Below, in pieces: positions 29,053 through 38,571 of a DNA stretch of 64,000 nucleotides. Made by a program: the position numbers and the translations under genes. This DNA is from an uncultured Gemmatimonadales bacterium. Lineage in GTDB: Bacteria; Gemmatimonadota; Gemmatimonadetes; Gemmatimonadales; GWC2-71-9. Location of the stretch: contig CAVSQW010000009.1 of the NCBI GenBank assembly GCA_963730185.1, positions 160,001 to 224,000 on the forward strand, in the 5' to 3' direction. The notes beneath the pieces were generated by a model. That model was not told the DNA's origin, searched no databases, and saw only the letters and a program-made list of their open reading frames with translations. Position 1 is the stretch's first letter; every line of letters begins with the position of its first letter.

Positions 29053-30377
29053 CTTCCCAGACCCTTTCCTGTCTGCTCACTCTGGCCCTGGCCGTGCCGC
29101 TGTCGGCGCAGGCGCCCGCTCTTCGGCTGGGCGACGCGGTGAAGCAGGCTCTGGCGACTCACCCGACGGTCGCGGCCGGCGCCGCGGCGACCGGCAGCGC
29201 CCGAGCCGCGGTCCGCCAGGCACGGTCGACCTGGCTCCCTAACGCGTCGCTGGACGCCAACGCGAGCCGGTTCGGCGACCCGATGGTGGTCGCGCCGCTC
29301 CATGGCTTCGACCTCATGAGCCCGCCGATCTTCGACCGGACGCTCTGGCAGGCGGGCCTGAACGTGTCCTGGTCGCTGTTCGATCCGGCCCGGAGCGACC
29401 GGATCGGGGTCGCGCAGGCGCAGGTGTCGATGGCCGAAGCGGGCGACGAGGCGATCCTGGAGTCGCTGACCGCTCGCACCGTCGGCGCCTACCTCGAGGT
29501 CACGACCGCGCGCGATCTCGTGACCTTCCACGAGGCCCGACTGGCAGCCCTCCGTCGGGAGCGAGACCGGGCCCGGGCCTTCGTTCGCGAAGGCCGCGAT
29601 GCGCGGCTGGCCGAGATCCGGGCCAACGCGGCGCTGGCGGCGGCCGAGGCCGATCGGCTCACCGCGCTGGCCCGCCGCGACGCCGCCGAACGAGGGCTGG
29701 AGCGACTGCTCGCCCTGCCGGGCAACTCCTTGGCCGGGCGGGCCCTCGACTCGGTGCGGCTGGCGCCCGCCGACACGGTGGTGGACCGGTCGATCCTGAT
29801 CTCGACCGCCGAGGAGCGGAATCCCCAGCTCGGGCAGCTCGCCGCCCGGGTGGTGGCCGCCCGGGCGGCTCGCGCCGAGGCTCGTGCCTCGTGGTACCCG
29901 CGGCTCAACCTCGTCGGCCGGCTGACGCAGTACGGGTCGGCTCAAGGGACGGCCAGCACGGAATGGCAGGGTGGGGTGGCACTGAGCTATCCCCTGTTCA
30001 CCGGTGGGGCCCGACCGGCCGGGGTGGATCGAGCCGGCGCCGAGTTGGCGGCGGCGGAAGCCAACGCCGACGCGGCCCGTCGCGACGTGGGCGACGCCGT
30101 AGACCGAGCGCTGTCGGGTTATGTGGCCGCGAAGGGCCGGGTCGACGCGCTGGCGGCGGCCGCGGAGCAGGCCCTGGAAGTCACTCGGATCGAACGCCTG
30201 GCCCTCGAGCAGGGCGCCGGCGTCCAAACCGACTATCTCACGGCGGAAGCGGACTTGCTTCGAGCCCGCGCGAGTCTGGGCGAAGCCCGGGCGGCGCTGG
30301 TCGACGCCCGGGTCGAACTCGCGCGCCTCACCGGCGACCTCTCGCCGGAGTGGCTGGCCGCGCATCTGGAGTCCTGA
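29049..30377 (+). CDS. TolC-family outer membrane efflux protein
   Basis: Signal peptide; WLPNASL and WYPRLNL repeats; LSYPLFTGG. Confidence 0.9.
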   Translation: MTSQTLSCLLTLALAVPLSAQAPALRLGDAVKQALATHPTVAAGAAATGSARAAVRQARSTWLPNASLDANASRFGDPMVVAPLHGFDLMSPPIFDRTLWQAGLNVSWSLFDPARSDRIGVAQAQVSMAEAGDEAILESLTARTVGAYLEVTTARDLVTFHEARLAALRRERDRARAFVREGRDARLAEIRANAALAAAEADRLTALARRDAAERGLERLLALPGNSLAGRALDSVRLAPADTVVDRSILISTAEERNPQLGQLAARVVAARAARAEARASWYPRLNLVGRLTQYGSAQGTASTEWQGGVALSYPLFTGGARPAGVDRAGAELAAAEANADAARRDVGDAVDRALSGYVAAKGRVDALAAAAEQALEVTRIERLALEQGAGVQTDYLTAEADLLRARASLGEARAALVDARVELARLTGDLSPEWLAAHLES

Positions 30378-30380
30378 ACC

Positions 30381-31373
30381 ATGAACAAGCGAATCGGCAT
30401 TGCGGTGGTGGTGGTCGTCCTGGTGGCGATCGGAGCGTGGGCCCTCTTCGGGCGGGGGAACGGGGCCCCGGACCAGCTCGCCGCCTCGGGCACCGTCGAG
30501 GCGACCGACGCCGACCTCGGCTTCCAGACCGGGGGGCGGATCGGCGAGATCCTGGTTCGCGAGGGCGACCGGGTCGACTCCGGGCAGGTGCTGGCGCGGC
30601 TCGACGTCCGCGACCTCGACGCCCGCCGAGCCCAGGCCGAGGCGCAGCTCACGGCGCAGCAGGCCAGGCTGTCGGAGTTGCACCGCGGGGCCCGTCCGGA
30701 AGAGTTGGCCCAGGCCGAGGCCGGCGCGATGGCGGCCGAACAGCAGCGAGTCGAAGCCGAGCGGGTAGCCCGTCGGTCGAAGAACCTGTTCGAGGGCGAC
30801 GCCCTGAGCCGGGAGCAGCTTGACCAGGCCGAGACCGCGCTCGACGTGGCCACCCAGCGAGCCCGGCAGGCGGCCGACCAGCTCAAGCTGGTGAAGCAAG
30901 GTCCGCGGGCCGAACAGATCGCGGCCCAGCGGGCCGCGGTCCGGAGCGCCGAGGCCGCGGTCTCCCAGGTCGAGGTGGCCCTGGCCTACGCCGAGGTGCG
31001 GGCGCCCTTCGCCGGCATCGTCACGGTTCGCCACCGGGAGCCGGGGGAGACGGTGGGTCCCGGTCTCCCGGTCCTCACCATCATGAACCCCGACGACCGC
31101 TGGGTCCGGATCTACGTCCGGGAAGATCGGGTTGGCCAGGTGTCGCTCGGGCAGAACGCCACGATTCGCACCGACAGCTACGCGGACTCCACCTTCGGCG
31201 GCCGGGTCCGCTACGTGGCCAGCGAAGCCGAGTTCACCCCCCGGAACGTGCAGACCACCGAGGAGCGGCTCAAGCTGGTCTACGCTGTGAAAGTGGGCAT
31301 TACCGGCGACGCCGGCCTGGCGCTCAAACCCGGGATGCCGGCCGACGTGACCCTGGCTGCTGCCGCCCAATGA
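30381..31373 (+). CDS. HlyD/YbhG-like membrane fusion protein
   Basis: SGTVEA, GRIGEILVREGDRV, VRAPFAGIV, AEFTPRNVQT, LKPGMPADV. Confidence 0.93.
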   Translation: MNKRIGIAVVVVVLVAIGAWALFGRGNGAPDQLAASGTVEATDADLGFQTGGRIGEILVREGDRVDSGQVLARLDVRDLDARRAQAEAQLTAQQARLSELHRGARPEELAQAEAGAMAAEQQRVEAERVARRSKNLFEGDALSREQLDQAETALDVATQRARQAADQLKLVKQGPRAEQIAAQRAAVRSAEAAVSQVEVALAYAEVRAPFAGIVTVRHREPGETVGPGLPVLTIMNPDDRWVRIYVREDRVGQVSLGQNATIRTDSYADSTFGGRVRYVASEAEFTPRNVQTTEERLKLVYAVKVGITGDAGLALKPGMPADVTLAAAAQ

Positions 31374-32305
31374 CCGATCGGACGCCGATCATCGTCCTGG
31401 ACCGGCTCACCCGGCGGTTCGGCGACACCGTGGCCGTCGACGGGTTGACCCTGTCGATCGGTCAGGGGGAGCTGTTCGGCATCGTGGGTCCCGACGGCGC
31501 CGGCAAGACCACCACCCTCCGGATGCTCGCCGGCGTGCTCCCACCGTCGTCCGGCGACGCCACCCTTCGGGGCCAGAGCATCGCGCGCGATCCCGAACGG
31601 GTCAAGCCGCACATCGCCTACATGGCGCAGCGGTTCGGTCTGTACGAGGACCTGACGGTCGAGGAGAACATCCTCTTCTACGCCGATCTCTACCGGGTGC
31701 CGCGGCGCGAGCGGCCGGCCCGGCTCGAGCGCCTCTATGGGTTCAGCCGCCTGGGTGAGTTCCGCGGCCGGCTGGCGGGTGCGCTGTCCGGCGGGATGAA
31801 ACAGAAGCTGGCCCTGAGCTGCTCGCTCATCCATACCCCCGAGATCCTCCTGCTCGACGAGCCGACCTTCGGAGTGGACCCGATCTCCCGGCGTGACCTC
31901 TGGCTGATTCTCCACGAGATGGTCGCGGAGGGCGTGACCGTGGTCGTGAGCACCTCGTACCTGGACGAGGCGGAGCGGTGCGATCGGGTCGTCCTGTTGC
32001 ACCAGGGGCAGGTCCTGGCGTTGGACCGGCCGGCCGTGCTCCAGCAGCGGCTCCCCGGCCGGCTGGTCGCGGTTCGTGCCGCCGACCCCCGTGAGGCTCG
32101 GGATCTGCTCCGGGCCGATCCCGGGGTGACGCGGGCCGCGCTCTTCGGGCGGACGGTGCACTGCCAGCTGGCCGCCGGCGGCTCCGCAGAGGGCGTCCGG
32201 GCGAGCCTCGAGCAGGCGGGCCTCAAGCCCGAGCGGATCGAGCCGATCGATGCCTCGCTCGAAGACGTATTCATCGACCTGGTCGGTGGAGGGAAGGCGT
32301 CATGA
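31370..32305 (+). CDS. ABC transporter ATP-binding protein (YbhF N-half-like)
   Basis: GPDGAGKTT, LSGGMKQK, LLLDEPT; STSY at the H-loop. Confidence 0.95.
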   Translation: MTDRTPIIVLDRLTRRFGDTVAVDGLTLSIGQGELFGIVGPDGAGKTTTLRMLAGVLPPSSGDATLRGQSIARDPERVKPHIAYMAQRFGLYEDLTVEENILFYADLYRVPRRERPARLERLYGFSRLGEFRGRLAGALSGGMKQKLALSCSLIHTPEILLLDEPTFGVDPISRRDLWLILHEMVAEGVTVVVSTSYLDEAERCDRVVLLHQGQVLALDRPAVLQQRLPGRLVAVRAADPREARDLLRADPGVTRAALFGRTVHCQLAAGGSAEGVRASLEQAGLKPERIEPIDASLEDVFIDLVGGGKAS

Positions 32306-33240
32306 ACGAGCCGGTCGTCGTTCGCGACCTGACCCGCAAATTCGGCGATTTCACCGCGGTCGACAGGATCACCTTCACGGTGGGCCAGGGCGCGATTTTC
32401 GGTTTTCTCGGCCCCAACGGCGCCGGAAAGACCACCACGATCAAGATGCTGTCCGGGCTCCTCCGGCCAACGTCAGGTGAGGTCCAGGTGGCGGGGCTGG
32501 ACGTGACGGCGGATCCGGCCCGGGTCCGGGAGCGGATCGGCTACATGTCGCAGCGGTTCTCGCTCTACGGCGACCTGAGCGTGGAGGAGAATATCCGGCT
32601 CTTTGCCGGCCTCTACGGCGTCCTCGGGCCTCGGTATGCCGAGCGGCGCGACTGGGTGCTCGCGATGGCCGGACTCGAGGGGCAGGAAGGCCACTTCGCC
32701 AGCGACCTGCCGCTCGGCTTCAAGCAGCGGCTGGCGCTCGGGTGTGCCGTGCTCCACGAGCCGAAGCTCCTCTTTTTGGACGAGCCGACGTCGGGTGTGG
32801 ATCCGGTGGCCCGCCGCGCGTTCTGGGATTTGATCAACGACCTGGCCCACGAGGGGACCACCGTCTTGGTCAGCACGCACTACATGGAGGAGGCGGAGTT
32901 CTGTCACCGGCTCCTCCTCATGAACCGGGGTCGGGTCATCGCCGAGGGCGATCCGGCCCAGCTTCGCGCCCTCATGGACGAGCCGATCTGGGAACTGGAG
33001 ACCAGCGACGCGCCCAAGGCCGTGGAACTGCTCCAGGCCCAGCCAGCGGTGAGAGAGGCGGCGATGTTCGGGCGCCGGGTCCATGTGGTGCTGGGGGAGG
33101 GGTCCGACGCGGAGCGGGTCGTCCACGCCGCGCTCGACCCCGCCGGACTGGCCGTGCTGGGCCTGACCCCGGTCGAGCCGTCTCTCGAAGACGTCTTCGT
33201 GGCGCTGGTGCGTCGCGAAGGTGGCGCGGTGGTGGGGTGA
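32302..33240 (+). CDS. ABC transporter ATP-binding protein (YbhF C-half-like)
   Basis: GPNGAGKTT, LPLGFKQR, LFLDEPT, STHYMEEAE. Confidence 0.95.
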   Translation: MNEPVVVRDLTRKFGDFTAVDRITFTVGQGAIFGFLGPNGAGKTTTIKMLSGLLRPTSGEVQVAGLDVTADPARVRERIGYMSQRFSLYGDLSVEENIRLFAGLYGVLGPRYAERRDWVLAMAGLEGQEGHFASDLPLGFKQRLALGCAVLHEPKLLFLDEPTSGVDPVARRAFWDLINDLAHEGTTVLVSTHYMEEAEFCHRLLLMNRGRVIAEGDPAQLRALMDEPIWELETSDAPKAVELLQAQPAVREAAMFGRRVHVVLGEGSDAERVVHAALDPAGLAVLGLTPVEPSLEDVFVALVRREGGAVVG

Positions 33241-33242
33241 TC

Positions 33243-34364
33243 ATGCTGGATCCGATGCGACTGCTCGCGATGGCCCGGAAGGAGTGGATTCAGCTCCGGC
33301 GGGATCCCCGCAGCATGCTGCTGGCCTTCTTGCTCCCCCTGATGCTCCTCCTGTTCTTCGGGTACGCCATCACCTGGGACGTCAAGAACATCCGGCTGGC
33401 GGTTCATGACGCGGACGGGACCCAGGAGTCCCGCGATCTGATCCAGGCGTTCGAGGCCAGCGGGTACTTCGATCTGGTGAGCCGGCTCTCGAGCTATCCG
33501 GAGGTCGACCGCGAGCTCGAGACCGGCCACGTCCTGGCCGTGATGAGCATTCCTCCTGATTTCAGCGAGCATCTGAAGGCCGGCGAGCCAGCCCCGGTCC
33601 AGCTCCTTCTCGACGGCAGCGACGCCAACACCGCGACGATCGCGATGGGCTACGCCGACGCCATCGCCGCCCGGTTCTCCCAAGGGGTCGTGCTCCAAGG
33701 CCGCCAGGTCGCGGCTCCGGTGAGGGCGGAAGGGCGGGTCTGGTACAACCCCGAGCTCCGGAGCCGCTACATGATCGTGCCCGGTCTGGTCGCCGTGATC
33801 ATGTCGATCATCGCGGCCATGCTCACCGCCCTTACCATCGCGCGGGAGTGGGAGCGGGGCACGATGGAGCAGTTGGCCTCCACCCCCGTGCACCGGCTCG
33901 AGGTGGTATTCGGCAAGCTGCTGCCCTATCTCGCGATCGGGTTCGTCGACGTGACGGTGGCCGTGCTGGCCGGGGTGTTCGTTTTCGGAGTGCCGCTCCG
34001 GGGGAGCGTGCTGCTTCTCGCCGTGCTGACCCTGCTCTTCCTGATCGGCGCCCTCGGGCTCGGCATGTTCATCTCGGCCGTGCTCAAGAGCCAGGTGCTG
34101 GCGACCCAGGTCGCGATGCTGGCCACGTATCTCCCGGCCCTCCTGCTCTCCGGCTTTCTCTTCGACACCGCCAGTATGCCGCCCGTGCTCAAGGCCGTGA
34201 CCTACATCGTGCCCGCCAAGTACTACATCGTGGTGACGCGCGGCATCTTCCTGAAGGGCGTCGGCGTCGAGGTGCTCTGGGTTCAGGCGATCGCGATGGT
34301 GATCTTCGCGACGGTCGGGCTCGGTCTGGCCGCGGCGAACTTCCAGAAGCGGATCGCCTCGTGA
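33243..34364 (+). CDS. ABC-2 permease (YbhS-like)
   Basis: KEWIQLRRDPRS, DGSDANTA, WYNPEL, AREWERGTMEQL. Confidence 0.93.
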   Translation: MLDPMRLLAMARKEWIQLRRDPRSMLLAFLLPLMLLLFFGYAITWDVKNIRLAVHDADGTQESRDLIQAFEASGYFDLVSRLSSYPEVDRELETGHVLAVMSIPPDFSEHLKAGEPAPVQLLLDGSDANTATIAMGYADAIAARFSQGVVLQGRQVAAPVRAEGRVWYNPELRSRYMIVPGLVAVIMSIIAAMLTALTIAREWERGTMEQLASTPVHRLEVVFGKLLPYLAIGFVDVTVAVLAGVFVFGVPLRGSVLLLAVLTLLFLIGALGLGMFISAVLKSQVLATQVAMLATYLPALLLSGFLFDTASMPPVLKAVTYIVPAKYYIVVTRGIFLKGVGVEVLWVQAIAMVIFATVGLGLAAANFQKRIAS

Positions 34365-35494
34365 ACGGCTTTCTGGGGATTCGCTCATGGCGGGTCAAGG
34401 CGCTGCTCCGGAAGGAGTGGCGCCAGCTCTTCCGCGATCCCAAGACCAAGCGGATCATCTTCGTCTCGCCGATCGTCCAGCTCCTGCTGTTCGGCTACGC
34501 AGTGACCACCGACGTGCACGACGTGAAGACCTACGTGGTCGATCACGACCGGAGCCAGGCGTCGCGGAAGCTCAAAGACGCGCTCGAGGCCGGCGGCTAT
34601 TTCCGGGTCGTCGGCGAGAGCGAGCGGTCCGAAGACCTCACCACCGTGCTGGACGACGGCGAGGCCACTATCGGCCTCGAGATTCCGCCGACCTTCACGG
34701 CCGATCTGTCGGCCGGCCGGGGCGCGACGGTTCAGGTCCTGGTCGACGGCACCAACTCGAACACCGGCACGGTCGCGCAGGGCTACGTGACCAGGATCGT
34801 GCAGCGCTTCGGCCAGGACTGGGCGGTGGACCACGGGCAGGCGGTCCGGGGCGGGGTCGACTTCAGGACCCGGGCCTGGTACAACCCGGGCCTCACCAGC
34901 CGGGTCTACAACGTGCCGGCGGTGATCGGGGCACTGCTCTTCCTGATGTCGCTGCTCCTCACCGCCCTGGCCGTGGTCCGAGAGCGCGAACTCGGAACGC
35001 TCGAGCAGCTGTTGGTGAGTCCGCTTACGCCCCAAGAGCTGATGCTGGGGAAGATCATCCCGGTGGCGGGCGTGGCGTTGATCGACCTGGTGCTGGTGTC
35101 CACGGTGTCGATCGTCTGGTTCCAAGTCCCGTTCCGGGGGAACCCGATCGCGCTGCTGGTGGCCGCCACGCTCTTCATTCTCGCCGCCCTGGCGCTCGGG
35201 CTCCTGATTTCGACCGTGTCGCATACCCAGCAGGAGGCCTTCATGGTCATGTTCCTGCTGATCCTGCCCGCCCTAATCCTCTCCGGATTCATGTACCCGA
35301 TCCACACGATGCCGGAGATCTTTCAGTGGCTGACCGTGATCAATCCGGTGCGATGGTTCCTGGAGATCGTGCGCGCGATCTTCTTGAAGGGGGCGAGCGT
35401 GGTGGAGCTCTGGAAGCAGTACCTGGCGGTGGCGCTGATGGCGGTGGGACTGTTCGCCACGGCGACCTGGCGGTTCAAGCGGGCGGTAGAGTAG
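34361..35494 (+). CDS. ABC-2 permease (YbhR-like)
   Basis: KEWRQLFRDP, DGTNSNT, WYNPGL, VRERELGTLEQL. Confidence 0.93.
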   Translation: MNGFLGIRSWRVKALLRKEWRQLFRDPKTKRIIFVSPIVQLLLFGYAVTTDVHDVKTYVVDHDRSQASRKLKDALEAGGYFRVVGESERSEDLTTVLDDGEATIGLEIPPTFTADLSAGRGATVQVLVDGTNSNTGTVAQGYVTRIVQRFGQDWAVDHGQAVRGGVDFRTRAWYNPGLTSRVYNVPAVIGALLFLMSLLLTALAVVRERELGTLEQLLVSPLTPQELMLGKIIPVAGVALIDLVLVSTVSIVWFQVPFRGNPIALLVAATLFILAALALGLLISTVSHTQQEAFMVMFLLILPALILSGFMYPIHTMPEIFQWLTVINPVRWFLEIVRAIFLKGASVVELWKQYLAVALMAVGLFATATWRFKRAVE

Positions 35495-35525
35495 ACCCGA
35501 GCCCGCGGGCCGGCCAGTGGGGCGC

Positions 35526-36788
35526 TCAGGGCGTCGCCCCGTCCAGCTGCTCGATCGTCGCGACCGACGGCTTCCGGGTGCGCTGCAGGCGCGCCGCCGT
35601 CTGCTCGACTTGGTGCATCACCCTGAGAATGTTCAGGCCGAGGACCTTCTTGACGTCCTCGTCCGTCCAGCCGCGACGGAGCAGCTCGGCGGCCAGATAG
35701 GGGTAGTGCGAGACGTCTTCCAGTCCGATCGGGTGCTGGCCCAGCCCGCCGTAGTCGGCGCCGATGCCGACGTGATCCACCCCCGCCACCTTGCGGATGT
35801 ACTCGACGTGATCCGCCACTTCCTTCAGGGTGGCGTCGTGGGTCCGGAATCCTTTGAGCCAGTTGCCGAACGCGTCGGAGGCCGCCTTGGGGTCGTTCGG
35901 GAACTGCGTCTTGAACTCCCGCTCCTTCTGGAGCACGTTGGCCGCATCCTTGGCGGCCTGGGGGTCGATGAAGCCGGGGAAGAAGTTGACCATCACCACG
36001 CCGCCGTTGGCCGGCATCTTCTTCAAGATGCTGTCGGGCACGTTCCGGACGTGGTCGGCGAGGGCCCGGGCCGAGGAGTGGCTGAAGATGACCGGTGCCG
36101 CGGAGACCCGGATGGCGTCGGACATGGTACCGTCGGAGACGTGCGAGATGTCGACCATCATCCCGAGCCGGTTCATCTCCCGGACCACCTCCTCGCCGAA
36201 CGTGGTGAGGCCGCCGTGCTTGGCCTCGTCGGTCGCGGCATCGGCCCAGGGAATGGTGCCGCTGTGGGTGAGAGTCATGTAGCGGACGCCGAGGTCGTAG
36301 TACATCCGGAGCGCCGCGAGCGAGTTCTCGATCGCCTGGCCGCCCTCGATCCCGATCAGCGACGCGATCTTGCCCTGCTTGTGGATCCGGACGATGTCGT
36401 CGGCCGTGGTCGCGAACTCGAGCGACGGCGAGCGGTCGACCATCCGGTGGATCATGTCGATTTCCTGCAACGTGAACTGGGCTGCGCCCTTGTCGATGTA
36501 CGACGACGGGACGTACGCGGCCCAGAACTGGGCGCCGACCTGTCCGGCTTTGAGCTTGGGGACGTCGGTATCGAAGTTGGGAATGGTGTGGTCGGGATCC
36601 ATCTGGTCGAGATCACCCTTCCCGTCGGACAGGATTGCCGTCGGGAGGTCGTTGTGGGTGTCGACCATCGGAACTTCACGCATCAGCCGGCGAGCCCGCG
36701 CCAGCAGCGCCGCGGAATCGGACTGCTGGGCGGCCAGGGCCGGCGGTAAGGCCAGCAGTAGCGAGAAGGTGAGCGCGAGGTAGCGCAT
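35526..36788 (-). CDS. Secreted membrane dipeptidase (peptidase M19)
   Basis: Signal peptide; VDTHNDLP, IGIEGG, YMTLTH, VDISH, FSHS, GIGADY. Confidence 0.94.
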   Translation of the reverse strand: MRYLALTFSLLLALPPALAAQQSDSAALLARARRLMREVPMVDTHNDLPTAILSDGKGDLDQMDPDHTIPNFDTDVPKLKAGQVGAQFWAAYVPSSYIDKGAAQFTLQEIDMIHRMVDRSPSLEFATTADDIVRIHKQGKIASLIGIEGGQAIENSLAALRMYYDLGVRYMTLTHSGTIPWADAATDEAKHGGLTTFGEEVVREMNRLGMMVDISHVSDGTMSDAIRVSAAPVIFSHSSARALADHVRNVPDSILKKMPANGGVVMVNFFPGFIDPQAAKDAANVLQKEREFKTQFPNDPKAASDAFGNWLKGFRTHDATLKEVADHVEYIRKVAGVDHVGIGADYGGLGQHPIGLEDVSHYPYLAAELLRRGWTDEDVKKVLGLNILRVMHQVEQTAARLQRTRKPSVATIEQLDGATP

Positions 36789-36812
36789 CGAAAACCTCGG
36801 AGTGGAAGTCGG

Positions 36813-36842
36813 AACGAGCCCGGCGGCTCCGCCGGGCTCGTT
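36813..36842. promoter_or_regulatory. Perfect 14-bp inverted repeat upstream of the dipeptidase gene
   Basis: AACGAGCCCGGCGG-CT-CCGCCGGGCTCGTT. Confidence 0.55.
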
Positions 36843-36871
36843 AGGGTAGCGCGACGGGGGGGAGCCGACAA
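36843..36871 (-). promoter_or_regulatory. Putative sigma70 promoter of the dipeptidase gene
   Basis: TTGTCG-N17-TACCCT on the minus strand. Confidence 0.5.
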
Positions 36872-37080
36872 GGTGATCGGCTCGACCTGCCAACGGCTTC
36901 GTCGGGTTCTTGGGCGCGGCCCCGGCGGCCCCGCGCTGTCAGTGGAACGCTACAGCGTGGTGGTGGGCCACCACATCAGGCGGCCGGCGGACCGGCGGGG
37001 AGTGCAAGGACGGGCGAGGGCTGGCAGTTCGTGGCGCGCCCCCGCCGAGGAGCGCGACCGATTTCCGGTGACCGGGACGG

Positions 37081-37299
37081 CTACGCCGCGCACCCGTCCG
37101 GCTCCGGCCAAACCATGGCCGCCGGAAGAGTTAGCACACCAGGGGTCGGCGACCGTTCGAAAGGTGAGCGGGCGTACTCGTCGCCGGTCACTCCCAGCGC
37201 CCGGCGGACCCGCGCGACGTGACTCCAATTGACGCGGGTGACCATCTCCGTCCCGCTGCGCCAGATCCGCGTTTCGACGATTTCGTCCAGGACGACCAT
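37081..37299 (-). CDS. Orphan 72-aa small protein
   Basis: ATG with GAGG RBS 7 nt upstream, sigma54-like promoter upstream, occupies otherwise empty intergenic space. Confidence 0.55.
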   Translation of the reverse strand: MVVLDEIVETRIWRSGTEMVTRVNWSHVARVRRALGVTGDEYARSPFERSPTPGVLTLPAAMVWPEPDGCAA

Positions 37300-37337
37300 G
37301 TTTCTGCCTCAACCGCTTTGGGGGTGCCGTCAGGGAA

Positions 37338-37353
37338 AGCAACTGGCGGACCA
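37338..37353 (-). promoter_or_regulatory. Putative sigma54 -24/-12 promoter
   Basis: TGGTCCGCCAGTTGCT = GG-N10-GC with TTGCT; 38 nt upstream of the small ORF ATG. Confidence 0.55.
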
Positions 37354-37425
37354 CATCGCCGGCAGACCTGGCTGGATCGGGGGCCCGATTTGCGACGGGC
37401 ACTGACGGCGAGTATCCCTTTCCTC

Positions 37426-38571
37426 GTGTCGCCGCTCACGTCTTCCTACCGTCCCGCTGACGGTCCAGCTCAGCCGCCGTCGATCGGTCTGGGCGCGTCG
37501 CTGGCGATCTGGGCGGTGCCGGCCGTGCTCATGGTGCTGCAGATGTACGCCATGGCGTACCTCAACCAGACCCCGCGGCCGCCGGTTCGCGCCATTATCC
37601 CGGCGACGGTCGAGTGGCTGATCTGGGCGCCGCTTACACCCCTGGTGCTCCGCCTGGGACGGCGGTTCCCTCTCCGGCTTCCGCCCCACCCCACGGTGCT
37701 CGCGGCTCACCTTGGGGCCGTTGCGGCCGCCGCCCTGATCCGCGGCCTGGTCTACGCCTCGGTGACCGTGCTGGTGCTTCGACCGACCCTCCAGGAGTCG
37801 TTTGCCGGGTACGCCTGGAGGGTCTCGCTCGGCTGGCTCCCCTTCGCCGCCGTGGTCTACTCGGCCATCCTCGGCATCGGGGCGGCGTTCGAGTATCGGG
37901 AGCGGACCCGCCAGGGCGAGCTCCGCGCGGCCGAGCTCGAGGGTCGGCTGGCGCGGGCCGAGCTGGAGGCGCTCCGGGCACACCTCCACCCCCATTTCCT
38001 TTTCAACGCGCTCCACACGGTGAGCGCCCTGGCCCGTCGGGGAGATTCGGTCCAAGCCGTCCGGACCATCGCCGAGCTGAGCGAGCTCCTGCGCGAGCTG
38101 CTCCGGGCCGATCGGCCGGACGCGATTCCGCTCGCCGAGGAGCTGGCGTTTCTCCGGCGGTACCTGGCGATCGTGGCTCTGCGGTTTCGGGACCGGATGA
38201 CCGTTGAGTGGCGGGTCGATCCGGAGTGCGAGGCGCTGCTGGTCCCCAGGATGGTCCTGCAACCGCTGGTCGAGAACGCGGTGCGGCATGCGATCTCCGC
38301 CCGGGGCGACGCGGGTCGTCTGTCGATCGACGCGACGCGCGACCAGGAAACGCTGATCCTCCGGGTGACCGACGACGGCCCCGGTCCCGGAGCGACACCG
38401 GCCGGTACCAGCGGGACGCCGGGTACCGGTCTGGCCACGCTCCGCGCCCGGCTCCGGGCCCGGTACGAGTCTGGAGCCGGCGTGACGCTCGAGGCCGGCG
38501 CGGCCGGCGGTGCGGTCGCCACGGTGAGACTCCCAGCCTTGACCCCGCCAGCGGCGGAGGGCTCGGCGTGA
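37426..38571 (+). CDS. LytS/AlgZ-type sensor histidine kinase
   Basis: 4 TM segments; LEALRAHLHPHFLFNALHTV, LQPLVENAVRH, VTDDGPG, GTGL. Confidence 0.92.
   Translation: MSPLTSSYRPADGPAQPPSIGLGASLAIWAVPAVLMVLQMYAMAYLNQTPRPPVRAIIPATVEWLIWAPLTPLVLRLGRRFPLRLPPHPTVLAAHLGAVAAAALIRGLVYASVTVLVLRPTLQESFAGYAWRVSLGWLPFAAVVYSAILGIGAAFEYRERTRQGELRAAELEGRLARAELEALRAHLHPHFLFNALHTVSALARRGDSVQAVRTIAELSELLRELLRADRPDAIPLAEELAFLRRYLAIVALRFRDRMTVEWRVDPECEALLVPRMVLQPLVENAVRHAISARGDAGRLSIDATRDQETLILRVTDDGPGPGATPAGTSGTPGTGLATLRARLRARYESGAGVTLEAGAAGGAVATVRLPALTPPAAEGSA

Noticed and set aside
37300..37410. c-di-GMP-I riboswitch (GCAAA, AGGTCT, GCCAGTTGC fragments on the minus strand)
   Set aside because: No GNRA-capped P2 or GACGCAAAG junction; GCCAGTTGC is better explained as a sigma54 -12 element. 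An Rfam scan would settle it.
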